DNA of 32,000 nucleotides. It comes from Limnochordales bacterium. GTDB taxonomy: Bacteria > Bacillota > Limnochordia > Limnochordales > Geochordaceae. The stretch's first letter is position 1, and every line of letters starts with the position of its first letter. A program made the translations under genes and the position numbers. Shown piece by piece: positions 9,014 through 17,856 of this stretch. Under the pieces are notes generated by a model, which was given only the letters and a program-made list of their open reading frames with translations, searched no databases and was not told where the DNA came from. The DNA is taken from the NCBI GenBank assembly GCA_036562495.1, contig DATCKA010000068.1:1-32000 (forward strand), given 5' to 3'.

Positions 9014-9789
9014 CGCATCAACCCTCGCCGTCGCTCCTCCATAAACCGCAACAGCTCCTGCACCTCGTCGAAGCGGCCGATCTGACCGGCGATGCGCTCC
9101 AGGGCCTCCTGCAGACGCAGGCCGCTGGCGTAGATCCACTCGAAGGCCTGCGAGACCGCCTCGATGGCCTCGGGCGACGCGCCCCAGCTCTCGAGCCCCT
9201 CGCGGTGGAAGCCCAGGATCTCCGCCGGGCTCCCGCCGGCCCGAGCGAAGGGCGGCACGTCGCGGGTCACCGTGGCATGACTCTCGATGTACGCCAGTCG
9301 GCCGACGTGGGTGAACTGGTGGACCCCCGTCATGGCCCCGATGACGGCCCCGTCACCGATGACGCTGTGGCCCCCCAGCGCGCTGCCCGCCCCCAGCCGC
9401 ACCCGGTCCCCTACCCGGCAGTCGTGGCCGATGTGGGCCCCGTCCTCGATGATGCACCCATCGCCCACCGAGGTGACGCCGCCACCGCCCGGTGTGCCGC
9501 GGTGGAGCACCGCGTGGCTCCCGATGCGGTTGCCCTCGCCCAGCACGAGTTGGGTCGGCTCACCTGCATAGCGCACGTCCTGAGGCTGGCCGCCCAGCAC
9601 CGCGCCGATACCGACGTGGTTGTGGGGCCCCAGCCGGGTACCACCGTGGATGACGGCGAAGGCCTCGATGACGCACCCGGCTCCTATCTCGGCACCGGCT
9701 CCGATGAAGGCAAAGGGGCCGACCACGACGTCCGGCCCCACGCGTGCGCCCGGCTCTACGACGGCCGCTGGGTGAAGGCTTGTCCTCAA
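9010..9789 (-). CDS. lpxA: UDP-N-acetylglucosamine O-acyltransferase
   Basis: Left-handed beta-helix hexapeptides with GSHAVLHRGTPGGGGVTSVGDGCIIEDGAHIGHDCRVG and GVHQFTHVGRLAYI. Likely TTG start at 9789 overlapping the fabZ stop (TTGA), giving 259 aa. Confidence 0.95.
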   Translation of the reverse strand: MRTSLHPAAVVEPGARVGPDVVVGPFAFIGAGAEIGAGCVIEAFAVIHGGTRLGPHNHVGIGAVLGGQPQDVRYAGEPTQLVLGEGNRIGSHAVLHRGTPGGGGVTSVGDGCIIEDGAHIGHDCRVGDRVRLGAGSALGGHSVIGDGAVIGAMTGVHQFTHVGRLAYIESHATVTRDVPPFARAGGSPAEILGFHREGLESWGASPEAIEAVSQAFEWIYASGLRLQEALERIAGQIGRFDEVQELLRFMEERRRGLMR

Positions 9790-10235
9790 GGCTTCGACTC
9801 GCCTCCCTGCGCGGGCGCCGCAGCGAAGAGGAACGTGGCCTCGCATGCCACCTCGTCGCCCACCAGCGCTCGTGCCTCGACCATACCGGTGGAGGAGCGG
9901 ATGCGCTTGGCGCTCGCCTCCAGCCGCAGGGTGTCGCCCGGGACCACCGTGCGTCGGAAGCGGGCCCCGTCGATCCCCGCCAGTAGCGGCACTTTGCCGA
10001 GCTGCGCCACATACGGGTAGAGCATGACGGCAGCCGCCTGGGCCAGGGCCTCCAGCATCAGCACGCCGGGCATCAGCGGACGCCCGGGGTAGTGGCCCGC
10101 GAAGAAGGGCTCGTTGATGGTGACATTCTTGATGGCCACCACCCGCTGCCCCTCCTCCAGCTCCAGCACCCGATCCACCAGCAGAAAAGGATAACGATGC
10201 GGGATACGGCGCCAGATCTCAACGATGTCCAGCAT
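9786..10235 (-). CDS. fabZ: 3-hydroxyacyl-ACP dehydratase FabZ
   Basis: IPHRYPFLLVDRVLELEEG...GHYPGRPLMPGVLMLEALAQAAAVM hot-dog fold active-site motif. Confidence 0.96.
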   Translation of the reverse strand: MLDIVEIWRRIPHRYPFLLVDRVLELEEGQRVVAIKNVTINEPFFAGHYPGRPLMPGVLMLEALAQAAAVMLYPYVAQLGKVPLLAGIDGARFRRTVVPGDTLRLEASAKRIRSSTGMVEARALVGDEVACEATFLFAAAPAQGGESKP

Positions 10236-11106
10236 CGGTGCCTTCCTTCCCCTCCGTGCCCTCGAGCACCTTCTCCATGGCCTCCACCAGGCGCGCCGTC
10301 AGCGCGTGGTTGCCCCGCACCGCCACCACTCGGGCGGCCAGGGGACCGGCGAGGGCCAGGTCGCCGATCAGGTCCAGGAGCTTGTGCCGTGCCACCTCGT
10401 CAGGCAGGCGAAAGCCCCCCACGGGGCCATCATCGGCGATGAGCAGGACGTTGTCGAGGCTTCCACCCAGCCCCAGCCCCTGTGCCTTGAGGCGCGCCAC
10501 CTCCGCCGCGAAGGCGACGGTGCGGGCCGGGGCGATCTCGTGGCGAAAGGTCTCGGGCGTGACGGTCAGCTCCGCGAACTGGTCCCCCAGCCCGGGGTGG
10601 TCGCTGATGAAGGCGAAGCTGAGCCGGAGATCGCGCCACGGCATCGCGGCCACGAAGCGGTCGGCGTCGCCCACCCACACCGCCCGGGAGAGCCGCCGCA
10701 GCCGCCGGGGGGCCGCCTGCTCGACGAGGCCGGCCCGATCCAGCGCCTCCACCCACCCGAGCGCGCTGCCGTCCAGGATGGGCAGCTCGGGCCCTCGCAC
10801 CTCGATGCGGACGTTGTCGACCCCCAGCGCCATCAGGGTCGCCAGCAGGTGCTCCACCGTCATCACCGTGACGCCGTCGACCCCGAGGGCCGTGCAGCGT
10901 GGCGTGTCGACCCGGTGCCGCACCGAGACCGGGATCACGGCCGGGGGGTCGACGTCGGTACGGACCAGCGACCAGCCGTGGTCCTCCGGCGCCGGCGAGA
11001 GCCGCACTTCCGTCGAGATGCCGGTGTGAAGCCCGACGCCCTGCAATGTCACCGCCGAGGCCAGGGTCCGCTGACGCGGACGGCCTTCGGACGCTGCCGA
11101 AGCCAT
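10219..11106 (-). CDS. lpxC: UDP-3-O-acyl-N-acetylglucosamine deacetylase
   Basis: TLQGVGLHTG, TVEHLLATL, LPILDGSA, RLPDEVARHKLLDLIGDLALAG, GNHALT; all zinc-ligand contexts present. Confidence 0.96.
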   Translation of the reverse strand: MASAASEGRPRQRTLASAVTLQGVGLHTGISTEVRLSPAPEDHGWSLVRTDVDPPAVIPVSVRHRVDTPRCTALGVDGVTVMTVEHLLATLMALGVDNVRIEVRGPELPILDGSALGWVEALDRAGLVEQAAPRRLRRLSRAVWVGDADRFVAAMPWRDLRLSFAFISDHPGLGDQFAELTVTPETFRHEIAPARTVAFAAEVARLKAQGLGLGGSLDNVLLIADDGPVGGFRLPDEVARHKLLDLIGDLALAGPLAARVVAVRGNHALTARLVEAMEKVLEGTEGKEGTDAGHR

Positions 11107-11119
11107 GCGCCGTCGCCTC

Positions 11120-14077
11120 TCATGCCACGGCCAGTCGGGCGAGGCGGCGGCCCACCTCGGAGGTCGGCCGGGCCAGCACGCGAGCCGGCGGGCCGGACTC
11201 CACCACCTGGCCCCGGTCCATCAGGATGAGCCGGTCCCCGACCCGCGCCGTGAAGCCGGGTTGATGGGTGACGACCAGCATGGTGGTTCTGAGGCGCCCA
11301 ATCAGTTCCTCCATCAGTTGGAGGAGGTCGGCCGCCAGCATCGGGTCCAGGTGAGAGGTGGGCTCGTCCCACAGCACCACCGACGGTTGCGCCGCCAGGG
11401 CGCGGGCGATGGCCACCCGCTGGCCCTCCCCGCCGGACAGCTCGGCAGGCCGCCTGTCCAGGTGCCGCCCCAGCTCCAGGGCCGACAGCCACATGGCCGC
11501 TCGCTCGTAGGCCTCGGGCCAGGGGATGCCCGCCGAGGCCGCTCCCAGGGCGGTATTCTCGAGCACCGAGAGGTGCCCGACGAGCTGGGGCCGCTGGAAG
11601 ACCATCGCGACGCGTGCGGCCAGATCGCGCCGGCGCGCCTCCGGCAGCGCCCAGAGGTCCTCCCCCTCGATCCTCACCCTGCCGGCATCCGGCTGGATCA
11701 GGCCCTTGAGGCACCGCAGCAGCGTCGACTTTCCGCAGCCGCTGGGGCCCATCAGGATCACCGTCTCGCCTCGTGCCACCGACAGCGAGACGCCGTCGAG
11801 CACGGGTCGGCCGCCGAAGTGCCGCACCAGGCCCTCGGCCTCCAGCACGACGGGGCCCCGCTCGGCAGCCTCCGTCGGCTCGTGGACGCCCGCCCGGCGC
11901 CGCTCCTCGATGCTGGCGGTCAGGGCGGCCGTCCGGCTCTCGTCACCCGCGGCCTCGGTCGCGGCCGACGCCGGTGCGCGGGGCGGCCTGCGGCTCGCCG
12001 TCAACGCCAGCAGCCACGGCCGCACCGAAGGGGCCACCACGCCCTCCAGGATGGCCCCGGCCTCCATCCCCATGGCCAGCGCCGCCTCGACCGCGTCGGC
12101 ATCCACGGGAGCCAGCCGGGGGCCCCATCGCCCGGCGACGAGCCCGGCAGCGACGCCGACGCCGGCCAGGACCAGCAGGATGAGTACCTCTTGCACGCCC
12201 AGGGCCAGCACCCCGGCGCCAAGGGCCAGCAGACCGCCGACCAGAGCGCCGAGGGCTGCGACCCGCCAGGCATCACGCGACAGCCGCCCGGCCCGTCCTC
12301 GGCGCGCCGTCTGCACCAGGGCCGCCACGGCCGCTCCGTCGTTGAAGAGAGTCCAAAGCACCAGGGCTCCCATCGCCAGGGCAGCTCCCACCACCCCGGC
12401 GCGCTGGGCCACCCGCATGACGGCCGCCCGAGCGCTGGGCGAAGCCACGGCTGCCGGAGAGACGTAGACCCGGCTCTCGTCCAGCTGCAGGGCCCTGCCC
12501 ACCACGCCGCCGATGGCTGAGGGCGACGGGAAGCGCTCCCCTCGCAGCACCAGTTCGACCCCCGCGGCCGCCGCCAGGGGGTCGGCCCCCGCCTGCTGGA
12601 GCACGTGCAGGGCCGATGCGATCTCGGTGCCGCCCAGTCGCGGCAGGCTCTCTCGCAAAGAGCGGACGCTGGCCTGCACCGCGGGCAGGTCGCCCTGTCG
12701 GTACTCGCGCAGCTGCTCCTGCAAGCGATCGAGCTGCTGGCGCAGCGAGGCCACGTAGTCCACGGCCTGCTGGGGCGCGTCGCCGGCCTCCCCGCCCAGC
12801 AGCATGCTCAACCCCAGGGCCAACAGCGTGTCGCGCAACGGATCCGATGCAGTGGACGCCAGTTGCTGCAGGTCGTTCAGCATCCGCTCGAGACGTCCGG
12901 CTGCCTGCTCCAGGCCGTCCACGGCCACCCGGGCCGCGTCCAGGGCCTCCTGTCCGGCGCTGCCCAGGGTCTGGAGGCGAGCCAGGAGCTCTTCGCTCTG
13001 GCGCAGGGCCGCGTCGATGCGGGCCTGTCCGCCGTCGACGATCCCCTGGCCGACCTGCTGACCCGAGGGCCGGCGGACGGGCAGCTCCTGCCCCAGCGTC
13101 GGACTCAGCTGGTCGCTGGTCAGCGCCTCGTCGGATAGGACGGCCAGCCAGTGCTCCCCCGCCTGGGCTACGATGCGCGCCGGCCAGTCGCCGACCAGTA
13201 CCTGCTCGCCCTCGTGCAGGGGCGGATCGAGCCCGGCGGAGGGCTCGACGCGCGCCAGGGTGGCATAGGCGAAGAAGAAGTCGCGCATGCGGCCCACCCA
13301 CCGGGCGGCCTCGGCCCCATCCCCCTCGGAGGCGGGAGCTGCCTCCACGACGGTGACGGGCCAGGAGGCCTCGGTGACGGCCTGGGCGGCGCGACGTGCC
13401 GACTCCCGGTCGACCACCTGTCCCGGGGTGGTGATCCGCACCACCCGGTAGCGGTCCAGGTACGCCTCCAGCGCATCCTCGAAGCCATCGAGGCCGGCCG
13501 CATCCGACAGCACGACGACCCGGTCCGACCCGTGGACGAAGGAGAAGGCCACTTCAGGCCGACCGCTCAGCCACCCCTCCAGGTCGTCCGCCAGAGCCGG
13601 GTGGAGGCGGCTGATGACGATGGCCGGCTCGACCAGGGGCACCCACGACACGTACCCCGGCAATGACGGCAGCTCCTGCTCCAGTCGCTCGAAGGCGGAC
13701 GCTCCCCGCCACCTGGGCGAGAGGGAGACCAGGAGCACGGTGCTGCCAGCCGCCGACGGGCCCTCCTGGACGGCCGCCCCGGGAAAGGTGCGTCGCAGCA
13801 GGTCGTCGACGGCCGCCAAGGCCTCTCGCCGGCGGTCGTGGTGCACCTGCACCAGCAGGTCGAAGCGGCCCGCCTCGCCCACGGTGGCATCCACCGTGGA
13901 GGAGAGGAGTCGCTCCATGGCCCATCCGACGGCGCGGCCGCTGGAGGCGCAGGCGACGACGGCCACCAGCAACCATACCGTCAACCTGTAGACGAGGCGA
14001 CCGGCCCGGGTGCGGGCCGCGCCTCGCGGCTCGAAGTGCAAGCGGCGTGGCCTCTCCTTTCCCGATCCGGACCGCAC
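11120..14077 (-). CDS. Uncharacterised membrane protein with large extracytoplasmic/coiled-coil region, C-terminal TM cluster and fused C-terminal ABC ATPase domain
   Basis: N-terminal TM (LVYRLTVWLLVAVVACASS), ~500-aa hydrophilic region, three apparent TM segments (VVGAALAMGALVLWTLF; AALGALVGGLLALGAGVLAL; VLILLVLAGVGVAAGLVAG), then a full NBD: GPSGCGKSTLLRCLKGL, LSGGEGQRVAIARALAAQPSVVLWDEPTSHLDP. The ATPase domain occupies about 11120-11860. GTG start at 14077, or TTG at 14041 which has GGAAAGGAG about 10 nt upstream. Confidence 0.85.
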   Translation of the reverse strand: MRSGSGKERPRRLHFEPRGAARTRAGRLVYRLTVWLLVAVVACASSGRAVGWAMERLLSSTVDATVGEAGRFDLLVQVHHDRRREALAAVDDLLRRTFPGAAVQEGPSAAGSTVLLVSLSPRWRGASAFERLEQELPSLPGYVSWVPLVEPAIVISRLHPALADDLEGWLSGRPEVAFSFVHGSDRVVVLSDAAGLDGFEDALEAYLDRYRVVRITTPGQVVDRESARRAAQAVTEASWPVTVVEAAPASEGDGAEAARWVGRMRDFFFAYATLARVEPSAGLDPPLHEGEQVLVGDWPARIVAQAGEHWLAVLSDEALTSDQLSPTLGQELPVRRPSGQQVGQGIVDGGQARIDAALRQSEELLARLQTLGSAGQEALDAARVAVDGLEQAAGRLERMLNDLQQLASTASDPLRDTLLALGLSMLLGGEAGDAPQQAVDYVASLRQQLDRLQEQLREYRQGDLPAVQASVRSLRESLPRLGGTEIASALHVLQQAGADPLAAAAGVELVLRGERFPSPSAIGGVVGRALQLDESRVYVSPAAVASPSARAAVMRVAQRAGVVGAALAMGALVLWTLFNDGAAVAALVQTARRGRAGRLSRDAWRVAALGALVGGLLALGAGVLALGVQEVLILLVLAGVGVAAGLVAGRWGPRLAPVDADAVEAALAMGMEAGAILEGVVAPSVRPWLLALTASRRPPRAPASAATEAAGDESRTAALTASIEERRRAGVHEPTEAAERGPVVLEAEGLVRHFGGRPVLDGVSLSVARGETVILMGPSGCGKSTLLRCLKGLIQPDAGRVRIEGEDLWALPEARRRDLAARVAMVFQRPQLVGHLSVLENTALGAASAGIPWPEAYERAAMWLSALELGRHLDRRPAELSGGEGQRVAIARALAAQPSVVLWDEPTSHLDPMLAADLLQLMEELIGRLRTTMLVVTHQPGFTARVGDRLILMDRGQVVESGPPARVLARPTSEVGRRLARLAVA

Positions 14078-14084
14078 TATACCA
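14076..14084 (-). promoter_or_regulatory. Candidate extended -10 element (TGGTATAGT) for the ABC-fusion gene and downstream lpx genes
   Basis: On the - strand: GCGATGGTATAGTGCGGTCCGGATCGGGAAAGGAGAGGCCACGCCGCTTG. TATAGT preceded by TGG in an AT-poor background, followed by a strong RBS-like GGAAAGGAG. No clear -35. Confidence 0.25.
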
Positions 14085-14126
14085 TCGCGACGCAGCCGGC
14101 CGGGGAAGGAGTTGCTGGGCCGCCCG

Positions 14127-14876
14127 CTACGGCGTGCCGGTTTCGGAGGGTGACGGGGATGCTTCCTGGACCTGCTGGATCTCCGCCGGCCCGTACAACG
14201 TCAGCTCGTCGTTGTCGACGCGGTACTCCACGCGGGATGCCCGCGCCAGTCGGAAGTCGTCGAGCCGGGCCTGTACCGTCGACTGCGGTGAGGCCATCAC
14301 GATGTGCCCGGCCTGGCGGTCGTAGCGAAGGGTCTCGGCCGCGGCCCAGAGGCTCGGCTCCGCCTGGGTGAGCTCGACGCCGCCCTCGGCCGTCAGGATG
14401 CCGCCCGCGTCGTCCACCTCGATGGTGGGCGCCGTGACCACCCTCAACGGGGCTCCGTCGGTCGCGGCCTGCTGGGGCAGCTGCTCCAGGCGCGCAGCCC
14501 CGGTCAGCACGAGCCGGCGCTGGGCATACCAGATCCGGACCTGGTCGGCCCGGGCGCGCAGCTCGGGGCCCGTCATCCGCACGCTGCCCGACAGGTGCAC
14601 CGTCTCCTCTTCGGGATCCCACTCCAGCCGGTCGGCCTCGGCTCGCCACCCCTGCCACTCGGCCAGGACCCGCCCCCCGGCGGGGCTGAAGATCCACCGG
14701 CGAACCCCGGGATCCCACCGGCCGCTGGGTGCGTCGTCCGGGATGCCCACGACGCTGATGCGCACCGGAGATGGAGAGGCGGCCTGGCCCGGATGGGCGA
14801 CCGCCACGACCAGGTTCATCGCCAGCATGGCCGCACCCAGCAGGGGCCACCATCGGGCATGTCTTGGCGATCTCAA
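14127..14876 (-). CDS. lptA: LptA/OstA-like periplasmic LPS transport protein
   Basis: RSPRHARWWPLLGAAMLAMNLVVAVAHPGQA signal peptide, then repeats ADRLEWDPEEETVHLSGSVRMTG, ADQVRIWYAQRRLVLTGAARLEQ, IEVDDAGGILTAEGGVEL, ASRVEYRVDNDELTLYGPAEI typical of the OstA_N fold. TTG at 14876 overlaps the lptC stop (TTGA). Confidence 0.8.
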   Translation of the reverse strand: MRSPRHARWWPLLGAAMLAMNLVVAVAHPGQAASPSPVRISVVGIPDDAPSGRWDPGVRRWIFSPAGGRVLAEWQGWRAEADRLEWDPEEETVHLSGSVRMTGPELRARADQVRIWYAQRRLVLTGAARLEQLPQQAATDGAPLRVVTAPTIEVDDAGGILTAEGGVELTQAEPSLWAAAETLRYDRQAGHIVMASPQSTVQARLDDFRLARASRVEYRVDNDELTLYGPAEIQQVQEASPSPSETGTP

Positions 14877-15526
14877 CGCGTCGCATCCCCTTCCAAGCGC
14901 ACCGGGCCCAGCAGCCGGATCTCGCCGCTGTCGGGCAGGTACTCCACGGACTCGGCCCGGGCCTTCAGGCCCCGGCCCGTCGAGTCGTCGAGGCGCACCC
15001 CGCCCGAGAGACGGATGACCCCTGCCGCCACGTCGACCTCCAGCAACGGCGCCTCGACGATGGCGGTGTCGTAACGCAGGGCGTTGGGCCCGGCGGAGGT
15101 GAGCCGCTGACGCTGGGCGTCCCACACCAGGTCCTGGCTGTGCAACACCGCCCCGCCCGGGTGTGTCAGCGTGTAGCGCCCGTGCAACAGCAGCCGACCG
15201 GCGTCGGGCTCCCACCGTCCGCCGTCGCCCTCGAAGCGCAAGAACAGTGCACCGGCCCGGTAGAAGGCGCCATCCTGCACGGCGGTGAAGGCCACGTCGT
15301 CAGAGGCGGCGGGCATCTCGATGCTTTGGGCCCGGAGCTCCCATTGGAGCTGGCCCCGGTGCCGGCCCACCAGATGCACCTCGTGCGTGCGGATGCCGGG
15401 GACCGGGCCCTGCTCCTCGCTGGCGGGGACGGAGGCGGCGCGCCGGTCCAGGAGCCACCACCCGGCGCCCGTTGCGACGAGCGCCGTCGCCACCAGCACC
15501 GCGGCGATCCACCCTCGGTCCCTCAT
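14873..15526 (-). CDS. lptC: LptC-like LPS export protein
   Basis: Single N-terminal TM (RGWIAAVLVATALVATGAGWWLL) and a beta-jellyroll-like region GRHRGQLQWELRAQSIE...HSQDLVWDAQRQRLTSAGP...ARAESVEYLPDSGEIRLLGPVRLEG. ATG at 15526 overlaps the lptD stop (ATGA). Confidence 0.8.
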   Translation of the reverse strand: MRDRGWIAAVLVATALVATGAGWWLLDRRAASVPASEEQGPVPGIRTHEVHLVGRHRGQLQWELRAQSIEMPAASDDVAFTAVQDGAFYRAGALFLRFEGDGGRWEPDAGRLLLHGRYTLTHPGGAVLHSQDLVWDAQRQRLTSAGPNALRYDTAIVEAPLLEVDVAAGVIRLSGGVRLDDSTGRGLKARAESVEYLPDSGEIRLLGPVRLEGDATR

Positions 15527-17856
15527 GGCGTCACGGGCCTTTGGAGCCGCTCCACCAGGGCCTGCCACTGCGCCTCATCGGCCAGGCTGCCGGGCCGGTC
15601 CTGTCCCAGCGCCACCATGGTAGCGGGAAAGGCCTTGACCTGGTAAGCCAGGGCCACCTGGCGGTGGACAGGGTCGTAGCGGAGGAGGATGGCCCGGCAG
15701 TCGTCGTCGAGGGCCACCCCCACCTGGGCCGACACCAGGCCGCCGAGGCGCAGGTCCCACGCGCCCTCGCCCACCAGCACCCACCGCGGCAGCACCCGCA
15801 GGTGGGCGCTCACGTCGGCCCGCTCCAGCCGGTCCTCCAGCGGGTCGTAGCGGGCACCGAGCCTCAGGCCCGCCCGGTCCGTCGCCTCCCAGGCCACCGC
15901 CGCCCCCACCTCGTCGAAGGCGTCCATCTCCGGCCGGTAGCGGCCGATGACCTCGGCCCGGCCCAGGCCGCTCGTCCAGGCCAGGCGTCCGACGATGGCC
16001 TCCCACCGCGCCTCGGCGATGCGGTACCCGGCCGAGAGGCTGCCCTCCAGCCCGTGCCCCCGTGCCCGCAGGGAGCCGGTCGCGAGGCCCCAACGTTGCA
16101 GGACGAGATCATAGGTGGCCGACAGCGAGGCCCTGAGCGGCCTGCCCTCTCCCGCCACCCCCGTCAACGTCAGCGTCTCCTCGTCATCGACCTGGTCGAA
16201 GACGAAGGGCGACCGGCCCGAGCCCAACGGGACCTCTAGCCGATAGACGCCCTGCAGGTAGGCCGAGCGTCCGGCCGGCCACCGGGCCGATGCCGACGTC
16301 GTCACCGACACCTGGCGGTCGCCGCCCAGGTACGCCGCCCCGCTGAGCGCTCCCCGGGCCTCTAGCTGCCACGCCCCGAGGCGCGCCGGCCCCGCCTGCA
16401 GGCGGAGCGCGCCCATGGCTCGCCCGTCGGCCACGGCCTCATCGAGGCTGGCATCTCCCTCGGCCGGCCGCACCTCCTCGTAGCGCCCCACCGAGGCCTC
16501 GGCCTCCAGCCGGACGCCCCCCTCACCTCCCCAGGCGCCGAGAGGCAGCCGGGCCGTCAGCTCCGGGAGGGCCGTCACGCTCCGCCACTCGGTGGCTGCG
16601 GCCGGGTCGTCGAACCGGTCGGGGTGCGTCGTGTGGGAGGCCGAGAGGGCCACCTGCGCTTCGCCCAGCCGACGCGCCAGCGTCGCCGCCATGTCCCAGG
16701 CGTCACCGGGCACCTGCCCGGGCGGGGCGGAGTAGAGATCCCAGCGGCCCGCCACCGACAGCCGCCATGGGCCCTCGCCGGGCGTCTCGAGCTGGAGCTT
16801 CCCTGTCGTAGCCCCCTGCAGGGGCCCGCCCTGGCCCTCTGCCGGCAGCGTGCCCTGGCCTCGAGAGGCGATGGAGAGCCCCCATTGGGGGATAGAGCCG
16901 GCCAGCGTGGCCTCGCCGTGGTAGAGAAGGCCTTGCCCCGAGGCTCGCCGGGCGCCCTCGGCGCGCCACGAGAGCCGTCCGTCGCCTGCCACCAGCTCGC
17001 CCTCTGCACCCGCCCGCAGGTCCGGTGGGGAACCGTCAGGGCCACGCAGCGTGCCGCCCATCCAGATGGCGGCCCATGTGTCGCCGTCGTCGTAGAGCGC
17101 CTGGTACAGCTCGAGCCCGGGGCCGAGCCGCTGGAAGTAGTCGATCCCGACGTAGCCGTAGGTCGCACCCGGTCCCATGTAGGGGAAGCGAGACCGGACG
17201 TACCATCCCTCCCGCGCCCCGTAGCCCACCTCGGGCGGCACCAGTCGCCCGGCCCGCGGGTTTTCGAGGGAGAAGTGGAGGTACGGCCAGTAGAAGAGGG
17301 GGATGCCGCTCTCCCAAAAGACGGCGTGATGGGCCGCCACGTCCTTGCCGGGACGTACCTCCAGGCTTCGCACGGTCACCCGGTAGTGGGCCAGCTCCAT
17401 GGGCAACGGACAGGTCGTCAGCACGGCACCCGACGCCCGGATCTCGGTCGCATCGCCCTCCATGCCGGTCGCCTCCATGAAGACCGGCCCCTCGACGCCC
17501 TCGGCCTCGAAGCGCGCGCGGGCCTCCTGCACACTCACCTGGCCGGTGCGCAGGTCCACCCGTGCCGTGTCGCCCTCCAGCACCTGCCCCGGCCGCCGGG
17601 CCCGGACCTGGCCGTAGAAGGCGATGACCCGCTCGACGTCGTCGTAGACGGCCTGGTGCGCCTCCACCTCCAGCTCGCCCTGGACGAAGCGCACCCCTCC
17701 CTCGGCCTGCACCCGGGGAGGCGCGATGGCGGCCACGGCGCCGTCGGCCAGCTCCAGGCGCCATGCCTCTTCGGCTGCCGCCGTCCCCGGTGCTGCGCCG
17801 GCCGCCAGGGCCACAGCCAGGGCGAAAGCGGCCGCGACGCCGAGCCGGGCGTTCAT
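15523..17856 (-). CDS. lptD: LptD-like outer-membrane LPS assembly protein
   Basis: MNARLGVAAAFALAVALAAGAAPGTAAAEE signal peptide; OstA-like region; GAVLTTCPLPMELAHYRVTVRSLEVRPGKDVAAHHAVFWESGIPLFYWPYLHFSL is the characteristic LptD motif, followed by a beta-barrel-like C-terminus. The track ORF to 18783 is over-extended. Confidence 0.9.
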   Translation of the reverse strand: MNARLGVAAAFALAVALAAGAAPGTAAAEEAWRLELADGAVAAIAPPRVQAEGGVRFVQGELEVEAHQAVYDDVERVIAFYGQVRARRPGQVLEGDTARVDLRTGQVSVQEARARFEAEGVEGPVFMEATGMEGDATEIRASGAVLTTCPLPMELAHYRVTVRSLEVRPGKDVAAHHAVFWESGIPLFYWPYLHFSLENPRAGRLVPPEVGYGAREGWYVRSRFPYMGPGATYGYVGIDYFQRLGPGLELYQALYDDGDTWAAIWMGGTLRGPDGSPPDLRAGAEGELVAGDGRLSWRAEGARRASGQGLLYHGEATLAGSIPQWGLSIASRGQGTLPAEGQGGPLQGATTGKLQLETPGEGPWRLSVAGRWDLYSAPPGQVPGDAWDMAATLARRLGEAQVALSASHTTHPDRFDDPAAATEWRSVTALPELTARLPLGAWGGEGGVRLEAEASVGRYEEVRPAEGDASLDEAVADGRAMGALRLQAGPARLGAWQLEARGALSGAAYLGGDRQVSVTTSASARWPAGRSAYLQGVYRLEVPLGSGRSPFVFDQVDDEETLTLTGVAGEGRPLRASLSATYDLVLQRWGLATGSLRARGHGLEGSLSAGYRIAEARWEAIVGRLAWTSGLGRAEVIGRYRPEMDAFDEVGAAVAWEATDRAGLRLGARYDPLEDRLERADVSAHLRVLPRWVLVGEGAWDLRLGGLVSAQVGVALDDDCRAILLRYDPVHRQVALAYQVKAFPATMVALGQDRPGSLADEAQWQALVERLQRPVTP

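Noticed and set aside
12273-13301. 342-aa - strand ORF inside the ABC-fusion gene
   Set aside because: Alternative-frame translation with strong compositional bias; the 985-aa frame has TM segments and an ABC domain.
14077-14886. 269-aa - strand ORF overlapping lptA
   Set aside because: Out-of-frame relative to the OstA-like repeats found in the 14127-14876 frame; no signal peptide or domain.
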